From a virus (Duplodnaviria > Heunggongvirae > Uroviricota > Caudoviricetes), in IMG/VR virus record IMGVR_UViG_3300020156_000001, positions 330,321 through 394,320 of that record: 64,000 nt of DNA; one strand, given 5' to 3'. The position numbers were made by a program, and so were the translations under genes. The notes under the pieces were generated by a model. It worked only from the letters and a program-made list of their open reading frames with translations, ran no database searches and had not been told where the DNA came from. The first letter of the stretch is position 1, and every line of letters starts with the position of its first letter. Shown piece after piece: positions 17,792 through 28,900 of the stretch.

Positions 17792-20728
17792 ATGGTTAAT
17801 TCATTTGAGAGAAACGAAAGCGCAGTTGGAGGTTATGCTCAACAGCCTTCAGGTCGTGCAAACATTTACAACCAGACGTATATTGGCTTTGTAAGAAAGA
17901 ACGACGACAAAGACTTTATGGGACGACTGAAGGTATGGATTCCGGATCTTGGTGGCGACTCCGAGCAAGAAGAATCTTGGTATACTGTTAACTATTGTAG
18001 CCCATTTGCGGGTGCCACACCTATCACAAAATACCCAAATAACCAAAAGAATCTTTGGCATGAGGGTAACAAAAAGGATGGTAAAAAGTATACGGAAAGC
18101 CAAGTCTCATATGGCTTTTGGGCAGTTCCTCCGGATATCGACAACGAAGTAATTGTCATGTTTATCAACGGTGACCCAAACAAGGGCATCTGGATTGGTT
18201 CCATGTACAAGCAATACATGAACCACATGACTCCAGGCATTCCTGTTGCGGATGCGTTTGATGAAGCCGCTTGCGGTGCTGAGCAACCTCCGGTTGGCGA
18301 ATACAATAAATTCTCTGAAGTTGGTAACAACCCAAACCCAACTCGTCCTCGTTATGATCCGCTCCACGATGGTCTTAAGATGCAGGGCTTATACACGGAC
18401 AAGCAACGCGGTACGGCAACATCGGGCGCACGACGTGAAGCTCCAAGCCACGTCTATGGTATGCTTACACCGGATGGTTCGCAAATGTATGCGGATGACA
18501 ATCCAGAGAATCAATTCATCCGTTTCCGTACCAAAACCGGTGTGCAAGTGTTGATTCATGAGACTTGCGGTTACGTTTACATGAACTCCAAGCAGGGCAA
18601 CAGCTGGATCCAAATTTCAGATGATGCCATCGACATGTACACGAGCAAAACGTTCAACATCCATGCGGCTGATGGCATCAACATGCACTCGGACAAGGAT
18701 TTCAACTTACACGTGGGTGGCAACATGAACACCTTTGTTGAAGGTGATGTTAAATGGGGTACCGCAGGCAATTGGGATCAAATCACCGGCAAGGATCACA
18801 AGCTGGATATTGGTGGTGCTTATCACAGCACGATCAAGAAGAACCGTAGCATCAAGATCGAAGGCAGTGACAGCTTGGACGTTGATGGTAAAATCACCTA
18901 TCATACCGACAAGACCTTCACAATGACCGCTGATGGTCTCATGCTAATGAAGGGCGCACCAATCAAGCAGAATTGCTCGGATAAACCGGATGAACCAGAG
19001 CCAGCAATTGCAGCGGAAATTAAGGATCCTTGCACACTTCCAGATCGTGAGCTAACTGAGTGTTATCCTGAAATTACACGCCGAAGTGTTGTTACTCGTT
19101 TGACCACACATGAACCCTTTGAAGGCCACAAGTTTGTTTGTGGTGAAGGTGAATATTGGGCCGCTGATTGTTCAGACGCTGGAACAAGTCCTGAGGAGCC
19201 TGAAGAGGAAGAAGACGAAAACAACGAAGAGCCTGATAACGTTGACGATCCAAATGAGGACGAAGACGACAACAACGATAACGATAATCCAAACAACCCG
19301 AATAACCCCAACAACCCGAATAACCCAAATAACCCAAACAACAATAACAACGACGACAACGACGATGATTCATCGGATGATGACGATGATGATTCCAACG
19401 ATGACGATGACTCCAATGATGATTCCAGCTCTTCAGGTGGTGGAGGTGGTGGTGGTGGCGGCGGGGGTGGAGGCTCCGGCGGTGGTGGTTCTGGTGGTTC
19501 CTCTGGCGGAGGTGGTGGAGGGGGTGGATCCTCTGGTGGCTCTGGCGGAGGCGGTGGAGGAGGATCCGGTGGGGGCGGTGGCTCTGGCTCGGGTAATCCA
19601 AACACATCCAACAGTTCGGATGCTAAGAACAACAGCATGTTGGACAAGATTGCTGACTCAGCAGGTTCGAATAGTGGCGACGGTTACAATGAAACAGCTG
19701 GACAGGGCGAATATTCCGGCGGTGATCAAAAGCTAACCGACATGACGATGGATGAAATCGATCAGCTTCAAGAGGAAATGAAGAACGATCCTGCCAACAC
19801 TGATGAAGAAACTGGCGTTGGTCGATACAACATTCCGCAGGAAAAGCTGAGAGAGGCAAAGGCTGAACTTGGTATTCCTGGATCGCAAAAGTTTACACCA
19901 AGCGTGCAAGACAAGATTGCAAACCATTTGCTAAAGAAGGCCGGCGTTGATAAATGGCGCGATGGTAAAATGAGTGACTCCGACTTTATCGACAATGTAT
20001 CGAAGACATTCCCATCGCTACCCAACAGTATCGACGGCAAGACTCAAACAGGCAAACCACCGGGTGTGGTGTTGGGTGTTTGGGAAGACTTCCTCAGCAA
20101 GATCAAGAGTCCAACGCGTCCATCTCCAATTGAGGAAGGCACACAAACTGGCGTGATTGTTCCAATTGGTCCATCGGGTAAACTAAGCATTGGTAAGGTT
20201 ATCTCGGATGAATCTGTTGGTACGGGTGTGGTTATCAACTACTCGGGTGTGATGATGACAAACGCACAGGTTATTGGTATCACCACTGCATTCATTGGTA
20301 TGGTAGTGCAGGTTGAGATTGGCAACCGTTTGCGTCCAGCAAGACTTATTGCGATGAACTCGGTAAAGGATATCGCACACATCCAAATCCTCAGTGGGGA
20401 TTATAAGGATCTTGTGCCGATTGATATGGCAGGGTTTGCAAGCGATGGTGTTCCAATGCAAGCTCTTGGTTATGCGTTTGGTGATGAGCTAGTGGCAATG
20501 CCAGCGAAACAAACAAACGAAACTAACCGCGTTGTCAAATACACTGGTCCGGGTACGCCTCGTGGTGGACTACTCGTATACGGGCTGTCTGTTATGGACA
20601 TGGAAGATGAAAGCGGTCTAAAGCCGGGTATGGCTGGTGGTCCAGTATTGGATTCCTCGGGTAAAATGATTGGCCTAAACGCGGCAAACGTAAACGGCAC
20701 AACAACTGCCCACTACATCCCAACTTAA
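17792..20728 (+). CDS. Baseplate central spike (gp5/VgrG-like) with low-complexity linker and C-terminal lysozyme-like and trypsin-like domains
   Basis: OB-fold D...MGRLKVWIP / YGFW.VPPD, beta-helix repeats, THEP motif, acidic/NNP/Gly linker, GRY muramidase-like block, GTGVVI/TNAQV/GMAGGP trypsin-like block. Confidence 0.8.
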   Translation: MVNSFERNESAVGGYAQQPSGRANIYNQTYIGFVRKNDDKDFMGRLKVWIPDLGGDSEQEESWYTVNYCSPFAGATPITKYPNNQKNLWHEGNKKDGKKYTESQVSYGFWAVPPDIDNEVIVMFINGDPNKGIWIGSMYKQYMNHMTPGIPVADAFDEAACGAEQPPVGEYNKFSEVGNNPNPTRPRYDPLHDGLKMQGLYTDKQRGTATSGARREAPSHVYGMLTPDGSQMYADDNPENQFIRFRTKTGVQVLIHETCGYVYMNSKQGNSWIQISDDAIDMYTSKTFNIHAADGINMHSDKDFNLHVGGNMNTFVEGDVKWGTAGNWDQITGKDHKLDIGGAYHSTIKKNRSIKIEGSDSLDVDGKITYHTDKTFTMTADGLMLMKGAPIKQNCSDKPDEPEPAIAAEIKDPCTLPDRELTECYPEITRRSVVTRLTTHEPFEGHKFVCGEGEYWAADCSDAGTSPEEPEEEEDENNEEPDNVDDPNEDEDDNNDNDNPNNPNNPNNPNNPNNPNNNNNDDNDDDSSDDDDDDSNDDDDSNDDSSSSGGGGGGGGGGGGGSGGGGSGGSSGGGGGGGGSSGGSGGGGGGGSGGGGGSGSGNPNTSNSSDAKNNSMLDKIADSAGSNSGDGYNETAGQGEYSGGDQKLTDMTMDEIDQLQEEMKNDPANTDEETGVGRYNIPQEKLREAKAELGIPGSQKFTPSVQDKIANHLLKKAGVDKWRDGKMSDSDFIDNVSKTFPSLPNSIDGKTQTGKPPGVVLGVWEDFLSKIKSPTRPSPIEEGTQTGVIVPIGPSGKLSIGKVISDESVGTGVVINYSGVMMTNAQVIGITTAFIGMVVQVEIGNRLRPARLIAMNSVKDIAHIQILSGDYKDLVPIDMAGFASDGVPMQALGYAFGDELVAMPAKQTNETNRVVKYTGPGTPRGGLLVYGLSVMDMEDESGLKPGMAGGPVLDSSGKMIGLNAANVNGTTTAHYIPT
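19189..19600 (+). repeat. Low-complexity coding repeats: acidic tract, (NNP)n, poly-Asp, poly-Gly/Ser
   Basis: aacaacccg/aataaccc, gacgat and ggtggc/ggaggt triplet runs inside gp5. Confidence 0.85.
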
Positions 20729-20737
20729 GGAAAGCAG

Positions 20738-20941
20738 ATGAAAACGTTTAAACAAACACATGCAGAATCACTTATAGAACGACACCTCAGCTTTTCCGTA
20801 TTTGAACATGAAATGGCAAAAGTTGGCGTTTACGTTGTAAAGCCAAGGGAAAGCGTAAGTGCGGTATTCTTTAGAGACGAACGGAGATATTTTGCTCGCC
20901 TAAATGAGGACGACATTGTTGTCGGCGGATATTTTGGATAA
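20738..20941 (+). CDS. Small protein, possible I78 / potato-inhibitor-I-like peptidase inhibitor
   Basis: AAGGA RBS; VYVVKP..SV....RDERR....LNEDDIVV...FG with terminal Gly. Confidence 0.45.
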   Translation: MKTFKQTHAESLIERHLSFSVFEHEMAKVGVYVVKPRESVSAVFFRDERRYFARLNEDDIVVGGYFG

Positions 20942-20943
20942 GG

Positions 20944-20969
20944 AAATGGACCCCAATGGGGTCCATTTT
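20944..20969. terminator. Bidirectional terminator
   Basis: AAATGGACCCC-AAT-GGGGTCCATTTT. Confidence 0.8.
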
Positions 20970-20972
20970 GTT

Positions 20973-21620
20973 TTAAGCTGCCCGTACGATATCTGGAAGT
21001 CTATCACGACCAGTGGTTTCGCGTAGCAAGTTGATCCACATTGCACCTTGTTCAATCGCATCGTCAAGTGCGATATGGGTATGCGGAAGATCATCAAACC
21101 AATGCTTGGGCATTGTGCGCTTTGCGGTGTGTGAGAACTTGTCTTTCTTGAGTGCCGCGAAAGCGTAAGTCTTTACGTCCACGCAACGGGAGAATCCAAA
21201 CGGATTGTCACCCAAATAAACGTGAGCATAATAGTCAATCCACTTAAAATCAAAAGCAGCGGGATATCCAACAAACACGGGCTGACCTGGAAGTGTCTTG
21301 AGCCAATCCCCATAACGCTTCATAGCGTATGCAGGTGTTTCTAGATTCTTGCGTGTTTCCGCATATGCGGCTTTGTTTGCTTCGGTCTCATTCCAAAAAT
21401 CCATAGTGTCGGGATGAGGGTTTGCACCGGGAAGCAGCTCTAGATTTGCGCTAAATGTGCCTAGGAGATTTTTGTTAATATCAAACGCTGCGCTTGCAAA
21501 GCTTAGCATGGACGAAAGTCCAGGGACGCGACCGTCTGATTCAATATCCGTGCTTACGTAAATTTCTTCTTTTTGTTTCTTTTGTGCCATTACCAGCCTA
21601 TTATAGGTTTCTTGATCCAT
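20973..21620 (-). CDS. DEDDh 3'-5' exonuclease
   Basis: STDIESDG, AFDF, HIALDDA motifs. Confidence 0.85.
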   Translation of the reverse strand: MDQETYNRLVMAQKKQKEEIYVSTDIESDGRVPGLSSMLSFASAAFDINKNLLGTFSANLELLPGANPHPDTMDFWNETEANKAAYAETRKNLETPAYAMKRYGDWLKTLPGQPVFVGYPAAFDFKWIDYYAHVYLGDNPFGFSRCVDVKTYAFAALKKDKFSHTAKRTMPKHWFDDLPHTHIALDDAIEQGAMWINLLRETTGRDRLPDIVRAA

Positions 21621-21624
21621 AATG

Positions 21625-21903
21625 TCAATCCTTTTCCTTTACGTCTGTCCAGTCAATATTCTTTTCCGGTTCTTCGACGTTGGCAACCGTATGTTTGGGA
21701 TCAACATCCAAAGGAGCTAGTGAGGTACCAATCTTGATATCCGCGAGGGAACGCCGAGGAACACCATCCCATTGCTTGCCCCACTCTGCGTTATCCAACG
21801 CCACTAGCAGTTCATCAAGTTGTTCGGGAGTTGCGGTGTCCAAGTGGATTACTTCACGTTCACGCTTTGGAACAAATGTTTCAAGTACCTTATCTTCTTT
21901 CAT
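21625..21903 (-). CDS. Hypothetical protein
   Basis: AAGG RBS; 92-aa acidic ORF upstream of the exonuclease. Confidence 0.55.
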   Translation of the reverse strand: MKEDKVLETFVPKREREVIHLDTATPEQLDELLVALDNAEWGKQWDGVPRRSLADIKIGTSLAPLDVDPKHTVANVEEPEKNIDWTDVKEKD

Positions 21904-21969
21904 CTTCGTTGCCTTATTATCTTAGTATTTTATAGCCTAATAAATATTGGAAATAGGAGACACAATGTT

Positions 21970-22365
21970 ATGGCTCGCCATCTATTTAAGGGCTTTTCTA
22001 CTATTCCAAACGGCGATAATGTTACCAACCGCAATTGGACATTATACGACCTGGAACTCGTAAAACGCGACCTTCTTAATCACTTTCACACCCGTCGCGG
22101 TGAACGTGCGATGATGCCAACATTTGGCTGCCAGATTTGGGACTTGCTTTTCGAACCACATACTGAAGCAAACATTGAACTGATTGTTGAGGAAGCCCGC
22201 CGTGTTGTGGAATCCGACAGTCGTGTTCGCGTTCAAACGCTAAATGTAACAGAGGTCTCCCATGGCCTCGTTGTTAGCTTCGTTTTGTATTTTGAGCCTT
22301 GGGGCGTTTACGAGAATTTTAGCGTGGAGTTTGATAAGCGAACTCTAGAAGGGATGACAAACTAA
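21970..22365 (+). CDS. Baseplate wedge protein (gp25-like)
   Basis: True start MARHLFKGFST after AGGAGA; LVKRDLLNHF.TRRGER.M.PTFG..IWDLLFEP; AATAAATA late motif upstream. Confidence 0.85.
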   Translation: MARHLFKGFSTIPNGDNVTNRNWTLYDLELVKRDLLNHFHTRRGERAMMPTFGCQIWDLLFEPHTEANIELIVEEARRVVESDSRVRVQTLNVTEVSHGLVVSFVLYFEPWGVYENFSVEFDKRTLEGMTN

Positions 22366-25300
22366 TGAGTTCCACACAACGACAGAGCGAACTGTTCGCG
22401 GGTCAGGATTGGACCGCCATTTATAAGGCGTTTGCCGAAGTAAACTTGAATGCGTTTGACTTCGACACCATCCGTAACTCGATGAAGGAATACATTCAGC
22501 GCAACTATCCCGAAGACTTTAACGACTGGATTGAATCTTCCGAGTTTGTTGCGGTTCTTGATTTGATGGCATACTTGGGCCAGTCGCTGGCCTTTCGTAT
22601 GGATATCAACGCACGCGAAAACTTTCTAGACGTTGCTCGTAGCCGCGAAAGTATTTTGCGTTTGACTCGTGCGCTTTCCTATAGCCCGCGTCGTAATTAT
22701 CCAGCTCGTGGTCTTGTCAAGCTAACGGAAATCCGCGCAAGCCAAGACATCATTGATTCCTCTGGAACAAATCTAAATAACGTGGTTGTGCTTTGGGATG
22801 ATCCAAATAATCCAAATTGGTTTGAACAGTTTATCCTTATTCTCAACGCATCGTTGATCCAAACCAATCCTTTTGGAACACCATTGAAAACCGCAAGCAT
22901 TAGCGGCGTAAACACTCAGTTGTATCGTATGGAAAACATCCCATTCACTATGGGTAACATTCCATTCTCTTCCTCAATCGGTGGTGTCAACTACAACTTT
23001 GATTTGGTTAATGTGGACTTTTCCACGCAACGCGGATTTTTTGAACGTGCGCCAAATCCACAAAACAGCTTCCACATTATCTACCGCAACGACGGCAATG
23101 GCAACAACTCAAAGGACACTGGTTTCTTCCTGATGTTCAAACAGGGTTCTCTGCAAAACAGAGACATTGCAATCATTGAGCCAATTGAAAACCGCGTTAT
23201 AGATATTGAAGTTCCAAATATTAACGACATTGACGTATGGCTACAAACGGTTAACGATGATGGCACAGTGGTTATGGATTGGGATCGCGTTGGTTTTGTT
23301 CCATCCGACGATATTACCAAGATTGTAATGACTGGTGAGAACATTTCCTACAACTCGCTTGCTACGGAAGTTCGTGACATTTACCAAGTTATCACTCGCG
23401 ACAACGACACCGTAAGCTTGCGCTTTGGTGATGGTCGCTTTGGTACTATTCCAATGGGTAACGTTCGTTTCTTCTTCCGACAATCCGCTGGCACTTCGCT
23501 TGCAATCCGTCCAGAAGACATGCGGAACGTTGCCATTAGCTTGCCGTACACCACAACGAAGCAAACAACTGCAACAGTCGTGTTGAGCTTCTCTCTTCAA
23601 GAGACTGTAATCAATGCGGCTCCTGCGGAAACAAACGATGAAATTCGCCGTCGTGCCGCTGGTATGTATGCGACACAGGGTCGTATGGTTAGCGGTGAAG
23701 ACTACAACAACTTCCCTGCGTCCAACAACTTGGCGCTCAAAATCAAGAGCATCAATCGCGTTTACTCGGGTCACAGTCGCTTTATCGACCTTAACGATCC
23801 AACCGGCACTTACCAAAGCACCAACGTGTTTTCGGATGATGGATGCTTGTATCGTGAGGAAAATTATTCCTATGATGAAATCCCATTGAGCTCCAACTTC
23901 TCGATCCAAGAGATGATCACGGAAAAGATTATCCCTTCGATTCAGTCGGTTGAAATGCGCGACTTCCTATATCAGGATTGGTTGGAAAAGACTGGCAACG
24001 GCACTTACAACTTTACGTTCAGTGGAACACCAACAATTTGGCAGCAAAGCAGCAATAGCATCTACTCCTCTACTGGACGTTTTGCTCGTACAGCGGTCCT
24101 ACCCGACACCACTGAACAGTGGGATGAAGCTGCAATTGTTCTTGGCATACATGCTCCTGAAACATCCGTTGAACGCTTTATCAGCCAAGGCGCGCTTGTA
24201 AAGTTTAAGAAGGCTGGCTGGGTTACAATCAACAATGTTGAAGGTACTGGCGCGGCGTTTTTGAATTCCAATGAAGGTCCGGTACGTTTGAATGAAGTTG
24301 TAGGAACAGGCGATTCTGTTATCCGTTTGCTTCCAACCATTCGTCGCGAACTCTCAGTAAGCGAGTACGAACAGCTTACTCAGTTGATTTCGTCCAAGCG
24401 CACGTTTGGTATTGGCTGGAACTTTATTGAACGTAAATGGTACTTTGTTGATTCCGCACGTATGAACCTTAGCGGCGCGTATGACTTTGAAACAAAGGAA
24501 TCCACAAGTGATGCTTCCTGGGTTATCAAGTGTGAGTACAGCCCGTTGAACTGGCGCATTACCGCACGCGGTCTCCGCTACGTGTTTGAATCAATGGAAG
24601 ACGTTAAGTTCTTCTTTGTAAACCGTTACCGCAGCATTGATCCCAACACGGGTAAAGTTGGTACTGACCACGTAAACATTTTGAGCTCCAACACTTCTCC
24701 AAATGTGATCAACTCCATCGACTGGTTGCCACAAAAGCGATACTATGTGGGTGATATTATAAGCCTGCGTGACACCTATAATGGTGCAGACGTTGTTGCT
24801 TATTACGAGTGCATTCTCGACCACACCGCAGGCGTACAGTTTGAAGCAACACGCGCGGATTTGGATCTTTCCGGTGAAACTCCAAAGCCCGTATTGATTC
24901 AATATTGGCGCCCGGCAAGTCCTGGTCTGATTAAGGACGTAGTGTGGGATATTGAGAACACTTACACTTACGACGATGGTTATATGGAACCACGCCGCAT
25001 CAAGATTACATTCTCTGATGCAGACGTTGACGGTCAGCCCGATAATCCGGAAAGCTTCAACGATATCACAGGCAAGGGTGAATGGGTATTCCATCAGCGT
25101 GTAACAGATACGTTTGGCTATTCCTCTTATAAAATTATAAATGGTATCAAGGCGTTGCCTTATGGTGCGGCTCTTCCAGTGTTGCAACCAAATGAAGTCA
25201 TTTACATCTATGAGGATGATCAACGCACAGGCACATTCTACCGTAACCTAATGGGTATTGCTGCGGTTCCTGTTATTGGTCGCACAAAGGAAATTGCACC

Positions 25301-25961
25301 ACTTGCTGACCAAAGCGAATATGCGGCTGCAAAGGGTCGTATGAACCTAAAGTTCCAGTGGAAGCATTATGCGCCAGTGGATCATCGTATTGATCCAGCA
25401 ATCTCTAACATCATCGATATCTTCGTGCTTACACGTGAGTACGACACGATGATGAAGACTTGGTACAAGAACGGTTCCAACATTAACTTGCTGCCAGAGC
25501 CAACAAGCGAACTTCAACTCCGTAACAGCTATTCGGAACTTGAGGAATTCAAAATGTTCTCTGACCAGATTAGCTGGCGCCCAGTCAAATACAAGTTGCT
25601 GTTTGGTAAAAGCGCAGCCAATGAACTACAAGCAAAGTTCAAGGTTGTTAAACTTCCAAACACCACAATCAGCGATGGCGAAATCAAGTCTCGTGTCATC
25701 CAGGCAGTGCAAAATTTCTTCGATGTAAATAGCTGGGACTTTGGTGAAACATTCTACTTCACGGAACTTGCGGGTTACTTGCACAATGTTCTTTCCACTG
25801 CAATCAGTTCGATTGTGTTGGTTCCATTGAAAGAATCGCAAAGCTTTGGTGAATTGTTTGAGGTTCGTTGTAACCCAGACGAAATGTTCTTCCCAACAGC
25901 CAGTGTAAATGACGTAGAAATTATTCCAGCGAATACTCCTACAAGCTTGAGGATCAAATAA
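22365..25961 (+). CDS. Baseplate wedge protein (gp6-like, extended)
   Basis: FDFDTIR, ENFLD.A..RESILRL, FGDG.FG.IP, E..DEIRRRA...Y.TQGRMVSGEDY motifs. Confidence 0.85.
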   Translation: MSSTQRQSELFAGQDWTAIYKAFAEVNLNAFDFDTIRNSMKEYIQRNYPEDFNDWIESSEFVAVLDLMAYLGQSLAFRMDINARENFLDVARSRESILRLTRALSYSPRRNYPARGLVKLTEIRASQDIIDSSGTNLNNVVVLWDDPNNPNWFEQFILILNASLIQTNPFGTPLKTASISGVNTQLYRMENIPFTMGNIPFSSSIGGVNYNFDLVNVDFSTQRGFFERAPNPQNSFHIIYRNDGNGNNSKDTGFFLMFKQGSLQNRDIAIIEPIENRVIDIEVPNINDIDVWLQTVNDDGTVVMDWDRVGFVPSDDITKIVMTGENISYNSLATEVRDIYQVITRDNDTVSLRFGDGRFGTIPMGNVRFFFRQSAGTSLAIRPEDMRNVAISLPYTTTKQTTATVVLSFSLQETVINAAPAETNDEIRRRAAGMYATQGRMVSGEDYNNFPASNNLALKIKSINRVYSGHSRFIDLNDPTGTYQSTNVFSDDGCLYREENYSYDEIPLSSNFSIQEMITEKIIPSIQSVEMRDFLYQDWLEKTGNGTYNFTFSGTPTIWQQSSNSIYSSTGRFARTAVLPDTTEQWDEAAIVLGIHAPETSVERFISQGALVKFKKAGWVTINNVEGTGAAFLNSNEGPVRLNEVVGTGDSVIRLLPTIRRELSVSEYEQLTQLISSKRTFGIGWNFIERKWYFVDSARMNLSGAYDFETKESTSDASWVIKCEYSPLNWRITARGLRYVFESMEDVKFFFVNRYRSIDPNTGKVGTDHVNILSSNTSPNVINSIDWLPQKRYYVGDIISLRDTYNGADVVAYYECILDHTAGVQFEATRADLDLSGETPKPVLIQYWRPASPGLIKDVVWDIENTYTYDDGYMEPRRIKITFSDADVDGQPDNPESFNDITGKGEWVFHQRVTDTFGYSSYKIINGIKALPYGAALPVLQPNEVIYIYEDDQRTGTFYRNLMGIAAVPVIGRTKEIAPLADQSEYAAAKGRMNLKFQWKHYAPVDHRIDPAISNIIDIFVLTREYDTMMKTWYKNGSNINLLPEPTSELQLRNSYSELEEFKMFSDQISWRPVKYKLLFGKSAANELQAKFKVVKLPNTTISDGEIKSRVIQAVQNFFDVNSWDFGETFYFTELAGYLHNVLSTAISSIVLVPLKESQSFGELFEVRCNPDEMFFPTASVNDVEIIPANTPTSLRIK

Positions 25962-28900
25962 TGGCAGACAAGCCCGGTAACCGCAATCAAATCAACGGCT
26001 CTTATCGCTTTCGTGGTGATAACATTGACAAAGCCAAGTTTGACAAGCGCCGTGTTATCAAGCTACTTCCAGGTGTAAACCAAACAGAAACCCTACAGAA
26101 GTTCTTTGGAGCTACTGCGGATCATTTGTTTGAACCTGGGCAAAGCAAGCCACTAAACGGCTATATTGGTCGTTCGGTAAGCTATGCTGAGAATGAGACA
26201 AACTATTACCTAAACGAGGAAACGCTTGAGCGCAGCTTTTATCAATTGGAACCTTCGATGGTTTCCATTGATGAAACAGGTGAAAATCGTGCCTTGTTGT
26301 TTTATGATGATCTCATCAATAACCTGCGTTTCCAAGGTGGTATTGTTAACAACCATCACCGCTTGTTCTCACAGGATTATTTCAGCTGGGCCCCAAGCAT
26401 TGATCTAGACAAGTTCCTAAACTACCGCGAATATTGCTGGGTTCCTGAAGGACCAACCCCAGTTGAAATTCGTGGTCACGCTGCCCAGTACGTGGCTGAT
26501 GGCGCGGTTCGCGTTTACGACTTGACTACAAAATATCCTGCTCCGGTACTTGCTGCTCAAGTCAACGTAACTGTTGATGGCATCGAAGTTCCATTTACCT
26601 ATAACGCCACAGCCAAGCAAGTAACCCTGCAAACAACACCGGTTAAGGGTGCGCTTGTAAAGGTATACACCGCTGTTAGCGTGCAAAAGGATATTGTTGG
26701 TCAACCAACATTTGCTTTTGAAAACGACGTTAAGCTGGAATCTAATCTTCGCATTGTTGTTCGCAACGATAAAGAAAACTCGCAGATTGGCAAGGTGTTT
26801 GTTGTTGAAGCTGTTGGCGAAGGCATTCTGCTTATCGAAGATGCTGATCCGGATTTGGGTTTGAAGAAAGACTATATCGTAATGCAGCGCGGTGCATCCG
26901 ACGGCAACGATTGGTCCACAAAAAACCGTTGGTTCCACAAGAGCCTACTAAAGGGTTATTCCAAAGAAAACTTGAAGAACATTCAAGCTCGTCGTCCTAT
27001 CGTTGAGTTTGTTCGCAACATTCAGTTGTTCAACTTTGGTACATCCAAGCGCAAAGCTGTAAATCTTGTCTCGCATAGTGCACCAGACTTCTTTGGTGCA
27101 GTTAACGGACAGATCAATTCCACAAAGCGCATTGATGGTGTAATTTTGAACCGCGCTTGGATTGAAGCCAATGGCATCAATGGCGTTGTTCGTATTCTTG
27201 TTGTCAATGACGAAGACCCACGTATCAACAACCGCGTTTACCGTGTAAGCTTTAACGCAACAACCGACAAGATGAAAGTCACGTTGGTTGCTGATGGTGC
27301 TGATGTTTCGGGTGCACCAGTAATTGGTGAATCAGTTGATGTTCTTGCAGGTGCAAGCCTTGGTATAATGAACCTTTACTGGACTGGTGAAACTTGGAAA
27401 ACATCGCAGCGTAAGACTTCGACAAACCAGTTCCCACTGTTTAACCTATTCGACGCAAATGGCGTTGAGCTAAACGATGTTGGTATCTATCCCAACAGCA
27501 CGTTTGAAGGTTGCCGCTTGTTTGGTTATCGTGAAGATACCACGCTAAGCCGCGCAGTTGATCGTGAGCTTGGTATTCGTTTGGTTCACGACAACAAGGG
27601 TGAGATTCAGTTCGAAAACTATTTGGCAACATTCAACGGCATTTACAAAATTGGCGTTGATGAGTTTGACCTACCATCTCAGCGTTTCTACAAAATCCAA
27701 CGCAATGGCGAAACAATCCAAACCAATGACTGGTATGCAGTTGCAAAGCCAAGCCGTCAAATGGTTGTTGATAAGATTGTTGCAACAAACGATTACCACT
27801 TGTTCAGCGCAAGCCAAGAACCAGTTGAACCAGTTGCTGAAAACCTACAGGTACTATTCAACAATACAGTGCTGAAAAACGGCGAAGACTTTATTCGTCG
27901 TAACAATCAGATCCTGTTGATGGAATCCAATCCGGGCGATCACATTGAGATCCGCACGTTCAACCCATCAAACAAGCCAATGAACACAACGGGTCAGTAT
28001 GAGATTCCGTTGAACTTGCAGGCAAACCCAAAGTGGGAACAAGTAACATACGCGACATGGGGTGAACTACAAAGCCAATTCATTGGTATCATCCGTTCGC
28101 AAGCTGGCTTTGTTGGTCAGGAACATTCTGCGAATAACTGGAAAGATATTCCACACGACTTGAGCCTAGGTAAGTTTATTGTCTCGCACACTGCGCCATT
28201 GCTTCGCACGATGTTGTTGAATTCTATTAAGGATATCGACTTTATCAAAAGCGTTGCCTACGCACAAGACGAATACGCACGTTTCCGTGGCAAGTTCGAC
28301 CAGAAGATCAACGAGTATATGATCTCCAATCGTCTCGGAGCTAATGCAACTCCAGCGCAGTGGGTTGAATCGGCTCTCGTGGATATTGCCAAGGGCTTTA
28401 CACACGACTTCCCATTCTTCCACTCCCGTATGTGCGTGGCTGAGGGTAGCTCTGCTCGTTACTTTATCCCACCAACACCAAGCTTCTTGGGTATCTACCC
28501 AATTCAAGAGCCACGTGTTTATGTGGAGCCAATCAACGGCAAACAATTTATCATCGGCCACGATGGTTCAAGTTTCCCATTCTACGAAGACATTCGTGAC
28601 GATGTAACGTTGGAACTTGAGCGCCGCATCTATGCAAGCGCACCCGACTTTATCCGCACACACGAAGAAGGATACTTCGACGACAAGGCTTTGGTTTCCA
28701 ACAAGTTCTACTCGGGTGAATATTCGGCTGCTGAAATGGCAACCATCCTACGCCCAATGTTTGAAAAGTGGAGCGTAAGCTTTGGTATTGATTACCGCAT
28801 CAACGACACATTTAATGCAAATGATCCATTTACATGGAACTGGCGTTCGTGCGTGGACAAGGACAACCGTCCGCTTCCAGGTCACTGGAGAGGCATCTAC

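Noticed and set aside
19063-19736. Pro-rich, His/Arg-rich and Thr-rich ORFs overlapping the gp5 linker
   Set aside because: These are shadow frames of the low-complexity Gly/Asp/Asn codon runs and have no independent RBS or context.
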